This document shows, piece by piece, positions 45,255 to 55,801 of a DNA stretch of 64,000 nucleotides. Positions within the stretch are counted from its first letter, which is position 1, and each line of letters starts with the position of its first letter. The DNA comes from an uncultured Dehalococcoidales bacterium (GTDB taxonomy: Bacteria; Chloroflexota; Dehalococcoidia; GIF9; AB-539-J10). The position numbers were made by a program, and so were the translations under genes. Location of the stretch: the NCBI GenBank assembly GCA_964394145.1, contig CAYMVL010000025.1:96493-160492 (forward strand). The letters run 5' to 3'. The notes below the pieces were generated by a model, which did not search any database, was not told the DNA's origin, and was given only the letters and a program-made list of their open reading frames with translations.

Positions 45255-46076
45255 TTGCTAAAGATTGGCTGGTTTTCCACAGGCAGGGATAAAGCGGCAC
45301 GCCAGCTTCTGCACGCCGTGCAGAATGAGATCGGCACCGGTGGAATCAGCGGCAAGATTGACTTCGTTTTCAGCAACCGGGAGCCCGGTGAATTCAGGGA
45401 AAGCGATTCGTTTTTTGAATTAGTCCGTAGCTATGACATCCCGCTTGTCTGCTTATCTCACAGAAAGTTCAAGAGGCCTGGGATAGTACTGCCTTCCGAA
45501 CGCGAAAGCGCAGAGCAGGGCGATGCAAAGCAGGCCCGGGAGAGTTGGCGGCTCAGCTATGACAGGGAGATACAAAGCAGAATTGCTAAATTCGCCCCAG
45601 ACATCTGTGTCCTTGCCGGTTATATGCTCATCATAGGGGAAGAGCTGTGCCAGAGTTACAATATGATTAATCTTCATCCAGCACCTCCAGGTGGTCCTAC
45701 AGGCAGCTGGCAAGCAGTCATTAGAAAACTGCTACAGGACAAAGCTGAAAAGGCCGGAGCAATGATGCACTTAGTCACTCCTGAATTAGACAGAGGGCCG
45801 GTAATTAGTTATTGCACCTTCTCTATCAGAGGCAAGCCCTTCGATCAATATTGGCGAAACGATGATAAAGATACGTTGTTCCGACTTATTCGCCAGTATG
45901 AGCTTAGCAGGGAGTTCCCTCTCATCATCTCCACGCTTAAAGCACTTGGTCGTGGAGAGATTAATGTGACAGGAAGAGGGTTAATCGATGCGCGGGGAAA
46001 CTCAATTGGCGGATACGATCTCAGTAGTGAAATAAACAGTATGATAGACAGCCAAGTCGCTTCACCAAGCTCGTAA
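45255..46076 (+). CDS. formyltransferase family protein (PurN-like)
   Basis: PDICVLAGYMLII, NLHPAPPGG and HLVTPELDRGPVI correspond to the PurN motifs. Confidence 0.6.
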   Translation: MLKIGWFSTGRDKAARQLLHAVQNEIGTGGISGKIDFVFSNREPGEFRESDSFFELVRSYDIPLVCLSHRKFKRPGIVLPSERESAEQGDAKQARESWRLSYDREIQSRIAKFAPDICVLAGYMLIIGEELCQSYNMINLHPAPPGGPTGSWQAVIRKLLQDKAEKAGAMMHLVTPELDRGPVISYCTFSIRGKPFDQYWRNDDKDTLFRLIRQYELSREFPLIISTLKALGRGEINVTGRGLIDARGNSIGGYDLSSEINSMIDSQVASPSS

Positions 46077-46141
46077 TGACAAATAGCGTCATCATTACCC
46101 AGTACGGAATTTTGGAGCAGTCCTAGAGACAGAATAAGAAC

Positions 46142-47140
46142 ATGAGCAGCAAGGTGGAAACAAAGCTAATCTGCTTTGACCTTGAAGGTCCACTATCCCC
46201 TCAAGACAACGCCTATGAACTGATGAAGCTATTCCCAGGTGGCGACAGAGTTTTTGAGGCTATCAGCCGCTATGACGATTTGCTAACGCTAGAAGGCAAA
46301 GCTGATTATGAGCCAGGAGATACCCTGTCTCTCATCGCGCCTTTCTTGGCCCATCATGGAATAAGAGAAAGACAAATCGCCACTATGGGTCATGAAGCTA
46401 GATTAACCACAGGAGCAGCCGAACTATTATCTAAACTCAAAGAGCGAGGATGGCAGGTATTTTGTATTAGCACCAGTTATGAACAGTATGCTTTGTCTAT
46501 AACGCAAAGGCTGGGTATACCGTGTGAGAATGTAGCTTGCACCTCATTCCCGCTAGATTATATTTGTCAGATGCTAAGTGAGGACGATTCCAGGTTGCTG
46601 AAGCAAGCAGAGGAAGAATTCACGACCCTTAGCCATGATGCCATCATAAGACAAACCATGGATCGCTTTTACTGGCAAGAACTGCCCATGACAAGCGTGG
46701 GAAGAATCATAAACCAAATCAAGCCCGTAGGTGGCAAACGCAAGGTGGAAGCATTGCAACGCTTCGCTGCCAGAGTGGGAAAACCCCTTTCCAAATGTGT
46801 AGCAGTTGGAGATAGCATCACGGATTTAAGGATGCTCCAGACGGTGAATAAAGTAGGCGGCCTGGCTGTCGCCTTCAATGCTAACGAGTATGCTTTGCCT
46901 TATTCTACCATGAGTCTGGCATCTATCGATTTATATGACTTATGGACAGCTTTAGAAGTTTGGGAAACTAGCGGGCGGCAAGCAACGGAGAGAGTCGTTA
47001 AGGCGAGCGAAGAGTCTGGTGGCAGTGGTGATAGAGGACACTTCCACTGGCTAGCCGGAACCCAGGACTTAACTCGACCCTTGGAAATTCACAAAAGGAT
47101 AAGGCGCTTAGTCAGAGAAGACGCAGCCAAGCTAGGCTAG
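46142..47140 (+). CDS. HAD-superfamily hydrolase-like protein
   Basis: Motif I CFDLEGPL (the second Asp is replaced by Glu), motif II VFCISTS, a conserved Lys, and motif IV VAVGDSITDLRML. Confidence 0.5.
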   Translation: MSSKVETKLICFDLEGPLSPQDNAYELMKLFPGGDRVFEAISRYDDLLTLEGKADYEPGDTLSLIAPFLAHHGIRERQIATMGHEARLTTGAAELLSKLKERGWQVFCISTSYEQYALSITQRLGIPCENVACTSFPLDYICQMLSEDDSRLLKQAEEEFTTLSHDAIIRQTMDRFYWQELPMTSVGRIINQIKPVGGKRKVEALQRFAARVGKPLSKCVAVGDSITDLRMLQTVNKVGGLAVAFNANEYALPYSTMSLASIDLYDLWTALEVWETSGRQATERVVKASEESGGSGDRGHFHWLAGTQDLTRPLEIHKRIRRLVREDAAKLG

Positions 47141-47311
47141 CATATATTCTCTAGTCTCGCCTCTTAGTACCGAGAATCAGCCATACCACAGTTACAATAA
47201 GGATGACAGCAATGACGACAATGGTAATGAAGCCCACCTTGCCCAAGCCCCAGAACTCCGGAGGGCTAGCTGTGTTCAAGTCCAAGACTTGTCCAGCAAC
47301 TAATAGAGAAT

Positions 47312-47917
47312 TCATTTCTTCTCTGGCTTGGAAAGTATTGCATCCACAATTCCGTATTCTACTGCTTGTTGGGGATCCAGATAGAAATCTCTGTCAGTAT
47401 CGTGGGCAATTTTCTCCACCGTCTGACCTGTATGCTTGGCAATGATATTGCGGATTTTTTCCTGCATTCTCATTATTTCTCGAGCAGCAATCTCAATGTC
47501 GGCTGCTTGGCCTTGTGCACCTCCAATTGCCTGATGGAGATGAATAGTCGAGTTAGGCAGAGCGTATCTCTTGCCCTTGGTCCCAGCACAAAGAAGCAAG
47601 GTGCCCATACTAGCCGCCAAACCAACACATATCGTGGATACACCGCAGCGAAGAAGCTGCATAGTGTCATATATGGCCAGGCCAGCACTGATAACGCCGC
47701 CAGGGCAATGGATGTAAAGGCTTATATCTTTTTCTGAGTCTTCCCTTTCCAGATACAGCAGTTGAGCGATAATGAGATTAGCTATCTGGTCATTTATGGG
47801 TGTGCCTAGAAAAACGATCCTTTCCTTCAACAGAAGGGAATATATGTCAAAGGCACGCTCCCCGCGGGCACCAGTCTCAGTTACGGTGGGGATTATCACT
47901 TGAGATTCTATTTCCAT
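47312..47917 (-). CDS. clpP: ATP-dependent Clp protease proteolytic subunit
   Basis: GLAASMG Ser site and His/Asp triad context. 201 aa, downstream of tig. Confidence 0.9.
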   Translation of the reverse strand: MEIESQVIIPTVTETGARGERAFDIYSLLLKERIVFLGTPINDQIANLIIAQLLYLEREDSEKDISLYIHCPGGVISAGLAIYDTMQLLRCGVSTICVGLAASMGTLLLCAGTKGKRYALPNSTIHLHQAIGGAQGQAADIEIAAREIMRMQEKIRNIIAKHTGQTVEKIAHDTDRDFYLDPQQAVEYGIVDAILSKPEKK

Positions 47918-47933
47918 CTAGCACTCCTTTGTC

Positions 47934-49208
47934 CTATTGCTGCTCACAGCTGCTCACTACTTGTACCAACCGGCTCATTGTCTTCTCATCACGTAAAGAT
48001 TGTTCAATTGCTTCTCTCACCTGAGGCAGGGCAAAGAATTGTTGCATCTTCTCCTTGTCCTTGGCATCCTTCATAATTTCCTCTACTCTATTATCTACTT
48101 CTGACGAATCAATTTCAATCTTCTCTTCCTCAGCTATCTTATCAAGAACGAGAGTCTGAATAATTCGTCTTTTGGCTGTAGGACGCAGTCTCTCCATATA
48201 CTCCTCTTTAACTTTGTTAGTCCTGCTTAGATATTCCTCGACTTCCCTGAAACCAAAGCGTTGTGACTCATCCTTAAGAAGCTTATAGATTTCACTATCC
48301 TCCAGTACAGGAGGATAATCCACTTCGCTGAGTTCAATAGTAGCCTCGAGAGCTTTCCCCCTGAGCTCCTGGCGACTTTTCTCCTCAGCTTCAGCCTTCA
48401 AATTGGCACTCAGCTTTTCCTTCATAGCAGCAAGGTCAGCATATCCAACGCTCTGAGCAAAACTATCATCAAGCTGGGGCAGGTTCTTCTCCTTTATTTC
48501 TGCTATAGTAACCTCGAAAACAGCCTCCTTACCGGCGAGTTCTTTGATCCTATAGTCAGCAGGAATACTAAGACTGAAGGACTTTTCCTCGCTTCTTATC
48601 ATACCCACTAGGTTTTGGTTAAATCCAGGTGGGGGGAAAGTTGATTCTTCACTCACTTCGTACACCATATCCTTGTGGTTTAGAAATGGCTTATCTTCAA
48701 TGTTAGCTCGGACATTCATGGTAACGACATCATCGAATTGAACAGGACGGTCTACAGGTGATAGCATTGCCTGTTCCTGTCGAATCTCTTCTATAGCTGT
48801 TTCGATTTGCTCATCGCCGACCTCCACCGGCTCAGCACTCAACCTTATGTCATGGTAGTTGCCGAGCTTGACCGTAGGTTTGAGTGGCACGATGGCCTTG
48901 ACAACTACAGGGCTAGTTTGAGCGACTTCCAACTTTGGCTCGGCAATGGGTTTGATGCCCAGCGACTCAATTGCCTGTTCGTAAAGCAGTGGTATCAGAC
49001 GGTCCAGGGCATCTTCGAGCAAAGCGCCTTTGCCTAGATGCTGTTCCAGAACAGCTCTTGGCGCCTTTCCTTTGCGGAAGCCAGGTATAGATGCCTTACT
49101 GACTAAGCGATGATACGCTTCGCTAAGAGATTTATCTAATTCGCCTGCCTCTGCTTCTATGGTGAGGGCTACCTGGCAATTCTCCATATTTTCCGTGCTT
49201 ACTTTCAT
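47934..49208 (-). CDS. tig: trigger factor
   Basis: 424 aa with an N-terminal ribosome-binding GFRKGKAPR motif, a PPIase domain and a C-terminal chaperone arm. Confidence 0.9.
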   Translation of the reverse strand: MKVSTENMENCQVALTIEAEAGELDKSLSEAYHRLVSKASIPGFRKGKAPRAVLEQHLGKGALLEDALDRLIPLLYEQAIESLGIKPIAEPKLEVAQTSPVVVKAIVPLKPTVKLGNYHDIRLSAEPVEVGDEQIETAIEEIRQEQAMLSPVDRPVQFDDVVTMNVRANIEDKPFLNHKDMVYEVSEESTFPPPGFNQNLVGMIRSEEKSFSLSIPADYRIKELAGKEAVFEVTIAEIKEKNLPQLDDSFAQSVGYADLAAMKEKLSANLKAEAEEKSRQELRGKALEATIELSEVDYPPVLEDSEIYKLLKDESQRFGFREVEEYLSRTNKVKEEYMERLRPTAKRRIIQTLVLDKIAEEEKIEIDSSEVDNRVEEIMKDAKDKEKMQQFFALPQVREAIEQSLRDEKTMSRLVQVVSSCEQQ

Positions 49209-49305
49209 ATATCACACCCTTTGGTCACTCCGACCATAGCCAAGAAGTTCTGCTTCAGTTCCTCATTATCAAGAAGATTCAGGGTTTTGGCTCACTGGAA
49301 TATGC

Positions 49306-51093
49306 TTAGTGAAGAATCTCCTGCTTAAGCTTCAAATTTAGTTCATCAAGCTGCTTCTTATCAACGTATGAAGGGCTATCGAACATCAGGTCAACAGCAT
49401 TTTGGTTCTTGGGGAAGGCAATGACCTCCCTGATACTCTGCTCTCCAGCCAACAGCATTAGCAATCTGTCCAGCCCTATGGCAATGCCACCATGTGGTGG
49501 TGCCCCGTATTCCAGCGCTTTTAGTAGACATCCAAACCGGCTTTCCATTTCATCCTGACCATAACCAAGAAGTCCGAAGATTCTCTCCTGGAGCTGGCGC
49601 TTATGAATTCTGATGCTCCCGCTGCCAAGCTCGCAGCCATTGCATACGATATCATAATGACGACCGTGAACTTTGGCCACTTCAGTGTCGAGCAACTGAA
49701 TATCTTCTTCACGCGGTGCGGTAAACGGGTGATGCATTGATTCCCAGCGACCTGCTATATCACTCCATTCAAATAGAGGAAAATCAACCACAAAGGCAAA
49801 GGCGAGCAAGCCAGCATCGGTTAGGCTGAGACGGCGTGCCATCTCGCGCCGCAACTCATCAAGTGCTCTATTAGTCACATCTAGTTTGTCGGCGACGAGT
49901 AACAAGAGGTCACCGGATTTCACCTCAAATCTGCTAGCTATAGCTCCCAATTGAGCCTGAGTCAGGTGTTTTGTAGCCGCTGATTTCACATTATCTAATT
50001 CCACAGATTCTCCCGTGAAAGCCATCGTGGTTAAACCCTTGGCTCCGCTCGTTTGAGCCAAATTGACTAACTCATCAAGTTGACGGTGACTATAATGACC
50101 GCAACCGTTAATACATATCCCCTTCACTCTACCACCCCCCTCTATAGCAGAGCGGAAAACGCCAAACTCAGTCTCAGCGGCGATATCAGTTATATCTTTG
50201 AGTTCAAGACCGAATCTCAAATCCGGTTTATCCGTGCCGTAGCGCTCTGTTGCTTCCCTGTAAGAGAGACGAGGGAAAGGCTTCAATATCCGCATTTCTG
50301 GTTTGACAGTCTCTGTAAGCGAGGTAAAAAGTCCCTCCATAAGTTGTAGTATGTCATCTTCGTCTACGAAGCTCATCTCCAGGTCAAGCTGGGTGAATTC
50401 AGGTTGGCGGTCTGCCCGAAGGTCTTCATCTCTAAAACAGCGGGCTACCTGGAAATATCTCTCAAAGCCGGCTACCATCAGGATTTGTTTGAGTTGCTGT
50501 GGAGATTGTGGCAGAGCATAAAACTTGCCTGGATTCAGGCGGCTAGGTACCAGGTAATCCCGCGCTCCTTCAGGGGTGCTCTTAATTAAAAGGGGCGTCT
50601 CTATTTCGATAAATCTCTTATCTTCCAGGTAGTCCCGGATAGACTTTGTCGCCTTGTGGCGTAAGATAATATTGTCTCTCACTCTAGGTCTTCTGAGATA
50701 CAGATAGCGATTCCTGAGACAAAGTGATTCTTCAACTTCGACATCTTCGTTTATGTAGAACGGCGGATTTTCCGAGGAATTGAGGATTACAGCCCCTTCA
50801 ACCGTAACTTCAATATCTCCTGTAGTCAGTTTAGAGTTCTCTGTGCCTGGAGGACGGGGGACAATTTCTCCAGTAATCTGAATTACATACTCGTTGCGGA
50901 GTGAACCAGCTACTTGATAGGCATCTTGCGATACCTGCGGGTTGAAGACCACTTGCACTATACCATCTGCATCACGCAAATCGATAAACACCATGCCGCC
51001 GTGGTCACGGCGGCGATGCACCCAGCCAGCCAAAGTCGCCTTCTGGCCCACATGTTCTTTTCTAAGTTCACCACAAGTATGGCTTTTTAGCAA
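49306..51093 (-). CDS. aspS: aspartate--tRNA ligase
   Basis: OB anticodon-binding N-domain and class II motifs (FRDEDLRADRQPEF, GGIAIGLDRL). Confidence 0.9.
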   Translation of the reverse strand: MLKSHTCGELRKEHVGQKATLAGWVHRRRDHGGMVFIDLRDADGIVQVVFNPQVSQDAYQVAGSLRNEYVIQITGEIVPRPPGTENSKLTTGDIEVTVEGAVILNSSENPPFYINEDVEVEESLCLRNRYLYLRRPRVRDNIILRHKATKSIRDYLEDKRFIEIETPLLIKSTPEGARDYLVPSRLNPGKFYALPQSPQQLKQILMVAGFERYFQVARCFRDEDLRADRQPEFTQLDLEMSFVDEDDILQLMEGLFTSLTETVKPEMRILKPFPRLSYREATERYGTDKPDLRFGLELKDITDIAAETEFGVFRSAIEGGGRVKGICINGCGHYSHRQLDELVNLAQTSGAKGLTTMAFTGESVELDNVKSAATKHLTQAQLGAIASRFEVKSGDLLLLVADKLDVTNRALDELRREMARRLSLTDAGLLAFAFVVDFPLFEWSDIAGRWESMHHPFTAPREEDIQLLDTEVAKVHGRHYDIVCNGCELGSGSIRIHKRQLQERIFGLLGYGQDEMESRFGCLLKALEYGAPPHGGIAIGLDRLLMLLAGEQSIREVIAFPKNQNAVDLMFDSPSYVDKKQLDELNLKLKQEILH

Positions 51094-51352
51094 AGATCGT
51101 CTCCCGGTTCCAGTGATTGCTGATTATACCCCAATGCGGACTTATCACTCAATTGCTAACAGGGTATCCCCACCCCTGCGATTCTGTCCAGAAACACACA
51201 ATCCCTGAATGCATCCCAGAACAGAATTGAAGGTCGACCATACCCGGAGATGGTCAAACCAGAAACGTCGCAACTGTCTCTACCATCTGCAAGCTCCCCT
51301 GCTCCCCATAGATACTTGTGTAACTTACTGACATTGTCATTTCTGAAAATCG

Positions 51353-53038
51353 TCATGGCCGCAGCAGTTCCTGCAGCACATCTACCACCTCTTGCCCAGG
51401 AACGCTATCGCGGACTACTGCTTTACCTAAACTCCCCAGAAGCACCCAGCGTATTGCCCCTTTCCTTGCTTTCTTGTCCAGTTCCATGGCTCTCTCCACA
51501 TCCATCAAGTCTATTTTGGAGAAGGTCAAAGGCAAACCAAATCTCTGTAACAATGACTGCTGTCGCTCAAATTCCGACGAGGATAAGAGACCTAATGTCT
51601 GACTAAGCTTACCCGCGCCCGCCATACCAATAGCCACTGCTTCCCCATGGAGGAATTGCCTATATTGAGTGGCTGCTTCCAAACCATGAGCTATGGTGTG
51701 CCCGTAGTTCAAGATAATGCGCTTCCCCTGGTCTTTCTCATCCTCGGAGACGACCTGAGCCTTGAGGGCAGCACTGCGAGCCACAGCTTGAATTAGAACA
51801 TCTGTTTCTAATTTCATTAGCTTGGCAGCGTTGCCTTCCAGAAACTTAAAGAATCCTGCATCTAGTATGAGACCATACTTAATCACTTCAGCCCACCCCG
51901 ACGTCAACTCACGCTGAGACAGACTGCTAAGAGCCTGGCAATCAACAAGAACAAAGTTGGGTTGATAGAAAGCTCCAATAAGGTTCTTAGCCTGAGGGTG
52001 ATTAACCCCTACCTTGCCTCCAATGCTAGCATCAACCATGCCTACTAAACTCGTTGGCACCTGTATCCAGGGCATACCCCGCAGAAAAGTAGCAGCGACA
52101 AAGCCAGCCAGATCACCCACCATGCCACCCCCCAATGCCATGATAATGTCATTTCGCTCCGCTCGATGTTCTACAAGAAAATCATAGATTCTATTAGCGA
52201 AATCAGTACTTTTCGTCCTCTCGCCTGGCGGTACAACAAAGGAGTTAACGGCAAACCCAGAGTGCTCCAGAGTCTTTTTGATTTCGCCACCGTAGATGGA
52301 AAACACGGTCTCATCGCTAATCACATTGACTGCGCCAGATAAGCCGCTCTCTTTTATCTTTTCGCCCAGCTTGTCCAGAAGCCCCCAGCCCACGAAAATA
52401 GGATAACTCTGAGTAGCCGTTTTGACCATGCAGGCGACGTCATGTTGCCCGCCAAATAGAGGGAAAACTTGAGTGGACTTCTCTTCTTCTCCTTCAGCAT
52501 CCAGCATTTGCCATGCCCTTAGCACCTCTTCACTCACCTGGCTAATAGTCAAATTATCAGTATGCACCGTCCAGTCAACCTGAGCATAGTAAGGCTGCCT
52601 CAAAGCCTTCAACTGCCTTATACGTTCTAGAGGATTGCTGCCAGACAGAAGAGGGCGAACTTCGCCACCACGACCGTGACCACTTTCTTTAAACAAGCGC
52701 TGATAGATTGTCTCTGGCTTAGCTTCAAGGCAAGCGACAAAACCGCTTTGCACCATCACTTCGTAGTTGTGGGGGTCAAGAATAGCACCACCACCAACCG
52801 CTATGACCATTCGCCTCTGCTGGCAGGCTCGCTGGATAATGTGACGCTCAAGGTCCCTGAATTTTGCCTCACCATCCTGCCGGAAAATCTCAGCTATGGG
52901 CTTGCCAGCCTGTTTGACTATCTGTTCGTCGGTATCAATGAAATACCAACTTAGAGTCCGGGCTACCTCTTGACCCACCACAGACTTGCCCGTGCCAGAA
53001 AAGCCTGTCAGGATAATACTCTCTTTTCGTCTTGCCAT
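51353..53038 (-). CDS. aroKB: bifunctional shikimate kinase / 3-dehydroquinate synthase
   Basis: N-terminal P-loop GFSGTGKS (AroK) fused to a DHQ synthase core (GGGMVGDLAGFVAATFLRG, HGEAVAIGM). Confidence 0.9.
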   Translation of the reverse strand: MARRKESIILTGFSGTGKSVVGQEVARTLSWYFIDTDEQIVKQAGKPIAEIFRQDGEAKFRDLERHIIQRACQQRRMVIAVGGGAILDPHNYEVMVQSGFVACLEAKPETIYQRLFKESGHGRGGEVRPLLSGSNPLERIRQLKALRQPYYAQVDWTVHTDNLTISQVSEEVLRAWQMLDAEGEEEKSTQVFPLFGGQHDVACMVKTATQSYPIFVGWGLLDKLGEKIKESGLSGAVNVISDETVFSIYGGEIKKTLEHSGFAVNSFVVPPGERTKSTDFANRIYDFLVEHRAERNDIIMALGGGMVGDLAGFVAATFLRGMPWIQVPTSLVGMVDASIGGKVGVNHPQAKNLIGAFYQPNFVLVDCQALSSLSQRELTSGWAEVIKYGLILDAGFFKFLEGNAAKLMKLETDVLIQAVARSAALKAQVVSEDEKDQGKRIILNYGHTIAHGLEAATQYRQFLHGEAVAIGMAGAGKLSQTLGLLSSSEFERQQSLLQRFGLPLTFSKIDLMDVERAMELDKKARKGAIRWVLLGSLGKAVVRDSVPGQEVVDVLQELLRP

Positions 53039-53190
53039 TGTATCTAATCAATATTTTAGCCCAGTATATTGGAAAAACCGAATCGCAACAACGTCTGAGG
53101 CCTCACAGATAATCGGTCGGAGCTCTTAGAACCTCCCACCACAATCACTCAGACCCGCAGAGGGATAAGCCTGAGCCTCAGGGGATTCTA

Positions 53191-54363
53191 TTATTTCAAC
53201 GCCGAAACGGACTCTATGTAATCGCTATAATTCCTCTTAGTTTCCTTTAAGTTGTCGCCGCCGAATTTCTCTAACATGGCGCATGCTAAGACCAAAGCTA
53301 GCATCGCTTCACCAATCACCCCTGCGGAGGGGACAATGCAAATATCGCTGCGCTCATAATGGGCTTTGACCGCTTCTCCGCTACGCAAATCTATGGACGG
53401 CAAGGGATCAGCCAAGGTTGCAATAGGCTTGACTGCGGCCTTGACTACGATGACTTCCCCATTAGATATGCCGCCTTCAATGCCACCGGCACGGTTAGTG
53501 GCACGACGCCAAACGAACGGTTGCTTCGAGGGATTCGGTTCGATCGGATCATGTGCTTGCGAGCCTTTAAGCTTTGCTGAAACAAAGCCACCTCCGATTT
53601 CCACTCCCTTTACAGCGTTGATGCTCATTATCGCTTGGGCAATTCTGCCATCTAGGCGGCGATCCCAGCTAATATGGCTCCCCAGACCTATAGGTGCTCC
53701 GTCGGCGATTACTTCGAATATACCACCCAGCGTATCCCCAGCAGCTCTAGCATCATCAATAGCTGTTATCATCTCTATTTCTGTTTTGGCATCAGCACAG
53801 CGGACCGGAGAGTCTTCTACCCGCTGCCAGTCTGGAGATATCGCATCGCTCTGCCCATAGCTAACATTACCAATTGCTGTGGTATGGCTGTGAATAGCAA
53901 CGCCAAATTCCTCCAAAAATTTCTTGGCTACCGCCCCTGCCCCCACCCTAGCAGCTGTTTCTCTAGCACTAGCCCTCTCTATTATCGGCCTAATGTCTTT
54001 AAGTCCATATTTAATTACGCCAGCCAGGTCGGTATGTCCCGGGCGCGGATGCATTATGGACTCAGATTCCTCTTCTAGAGGTGAGACATTCATAACCTTC
54101 TGCCAGTTTTGCCAGTCCCGGTTAGGGATAAAAAGCCCAATAGGGCTGCCTATAGTAAGTCCATAGCGGACTCCGGAAATGATTTCAGCCTTGTCCTGCT
54201 CTATCTCCATTCGGGCGCCACGCCCATACCCCATCTGGCGACGCCTCAGTTCACGATTGATGTGTTCCGCTTCCAAGGGGAGGTCAGCTACCATACCTTC
54301 AATTATGGTTACCAGTCCTTGGCCGTGTGATTCTCCTGCGGTGAAAAAACGAAGGTGCGTCAT
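53191..54363 (-). CDS. aroC: chorismate synthase
   Basis: FTAGESHGQGL N-terminus and conserved RPGHTD and SARETAARV motifs. Confidence 0.9.
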   Translation of the reverse strand: MTHLRFFTAGESHGQGLVTIIEGMVADLPLEAEHINRELRRRQMGYGRGARMEIEQDKAEIISGVRYGLTIGSPIGLFIPNRDWQNWQKVMNVSPLEEESESIMHPRPGHTDLAGVIKYGLKDIRPIIERASARETAARVGAGAVAKKFLEEFGVAIHSHTTAIGNVSYGQSDAISPDWQRVEDSPVRCADAKTEIEMITAIDDARAAGDTLGGIFEVIADGAPIGLGSHISWDRRLDGRIAQAIMSINAVKGVEIGGGFVSAKLKGSQAHDPIEPNPSKQPFVWRRATNRAGGIEGGISNGEVIVVKAAVKPIATLADPLPSIDLRSGEAVKAHYERSDICIVPSAGVIGEAMLALVLACAMLEKFGGDNLKETKRNYSDYIESVSALK

Positions 54364-54420
54364 GCCATATCCCCCCGTGCTCTATCCGGTTGCCTCTCTA
54401 CCAGCTCCGGACTTCTCCTT

Positions 54421-55311
54421 TCATCCTTGCCCTTTTTGCAATACTTGTTCAGCTTTGTTAAACATTATGTCAATCGGAGCTTTTTTCCCTGTCCATAACT
54501 CAAAGGAAGCCGCGCCCTGATATATTAGCATAGCTAACCCCTCAAGTATATTAGCTCCTGCAGTTCGTGCTGACCTTAATAAAGGCGTTTCCCGCGGGTT
54601 ATATACTAAATCGTAGACTAAGGCGCTTTCTGGAATCAGTTCAGCGCTTAAAGGTGACTGCCCTTCCTCGGGGCTGTACCTCATGCCTATAGTAGTGCAG
54701 TTGACTATCAGATGGCACTGTTCCAAGGCCCTGCTTGAGTACAGATTCTCCCAAAGGAGAGCCGTGATTCTAGTTTGTGACTCTTCCGGGTTCACTGAAC
54801 AGCGCTCAACATAGCGCTTTAAGCTATCTGCCAGCCTCTTGGCTCTTTCAGAAGTACGATTGATGATGAGAATTGAGCTCGCTTTCTGCTGCACCAAAGC
54901 AAAGCTCACAGCCTTAGCAACTCCCCCGGCACCCAGAATTACTATTTGCTTTCCTTCAGGGTTGAAATGCCCCTCTTTGTATAGTGCTTCAATGAAGCCA
55001 TAGGCATCCGTATTGAAACCCAAAAGTCTGTTATCGGTTTTGACTATGGTATTGACCGCCCCGATCGAAGCTGCCAGGGCATCAACTTCATCCAACAAGG
55101 GTATTACCGCTTCTTTATATGGAACCGTGACGTTGGCTCCAGAGTTTTGAGCTTCTCTTAAGCTATCTACTACGCGTCGGAGCTCTCCCGGGCTTGTTTC
55201 CCAGGCCTCATAACGAGCGTCAAGATGATAGTAATCCAAGGCAGCTTGTTGAAAGTGAGGCGAGATAGAATGCTTGATAGGGTAACCTATGAGGCCGATT
55301 AACTTGGGCAT
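54421..55311 (-). CDS. aroE: shikimate dehydrogenase
   Basis: GYPIKHSISP substrate motif and GAGGVAKA NADP Rossmann motif. Confidence 0.85.
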   Translation of the reverse strand: MPKLIGLIGYPIKHSISPHFQQAALDYYHLDARYEAWETSPGELRRVVDSLREAQNSGANVTVPYKEAVIPLLDEVDALAASIGAVNTIVKTDNRLLGFNTDAYGFIEALYKEGHFNPEGKQIVILGAGGVAKAVSFALVQQKASSILIINRTSERAKRLADSLKRYVERCSVNPEESQTRITALLWENLYSSRALEQCHLIVNCTTIGMRYSPEEGQSPLSAELIPESALVYDLVYNPRETPLLRSARTAGANILEGLAMLIYQGAASFELWTGKKAPIDIMFNKAEQVLQKGQG

Positions 55312-55312
55312 G

Positions 55313-55744
55313 CTAGCGCCTCACGCTATCCAGGAAACCCTGGAGAATAAAGGCAGCAGCTATAGCATCTCGATGCTTTCCCCTGTTCTTTCTTTTTGTG
55401 CCAGCTTCATCCATTGACCGTTCAGCGGCTACCGTAGATAACCTTTCGTCCCAAAATTGTATATTTACATGATTGATATTAGCCGCCTTTGCCCGAGATA
55501 AAAGCTTCTCAACAAAAGCTGTTACTCTATCAGCCTGTTGGCCAGCATGACCACTTAAAGAGTAGGGCAAGCCAACTACCACATACTCTGCTGAGTATTG
55601 CTCAATAAGCTTAAGAATGTGGTCTATAGTTGCTTCTTCATCCCTACCACCAGTAACACCCAGCGGGAGAGCCACCACGCCTTGCGGATCGCTCACTGCT
55701 ATTCCAGTCTTCTTTTCTCCTAAATCTAGTCCTAAGCTGCGCAC
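55313..55744 (-). CDS. ruvX: Holliday-junction resolvase-like nuclease RuvX (YqgF)
   Basis: LGLDLGEKKTGIAVSD RNase H-like N-terminus. Immediately downstream of alaS, the conserved pairing. Confidence 0.85.
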   Translation of the reverse strand: MRSLGLDLGEKKTGIAVSDPQGVVALPLGVTGGRDEEATIDHILKLIEQYSAEYVVVGLPYSLSGHAGQQADRVTAFVEKLLSRAKAANINHVNIQFWDERLSTVAAERSMDEAGTKRKNRGKHRDAIAAAFILQGFLDSVRR

Positions 55745-55801
55745 TTTTACCCTTACATTCCCACGCCTTAAGATGAGTTGCGGGCTATGATAAATCTCCC
55801 T

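Noticed and set aside
51250-51606. 118-aa plus-strand ORF in the aspS-aroKB spacer
   Set aside because: Overlaps the 3' end of aroKB antisense. Low-complexity Leu/Pro-rich translation. More likely an intergenic promoter region for aspS.
53039-53190. Palindromes TGAGGCCTCA and CCTGAGcCTCAGG downstream of aroC as a terminator
   Set aside because: No following U-tract on the minus-strand transcript, and the stems are short. Not convincing as an intrinsic terminator.
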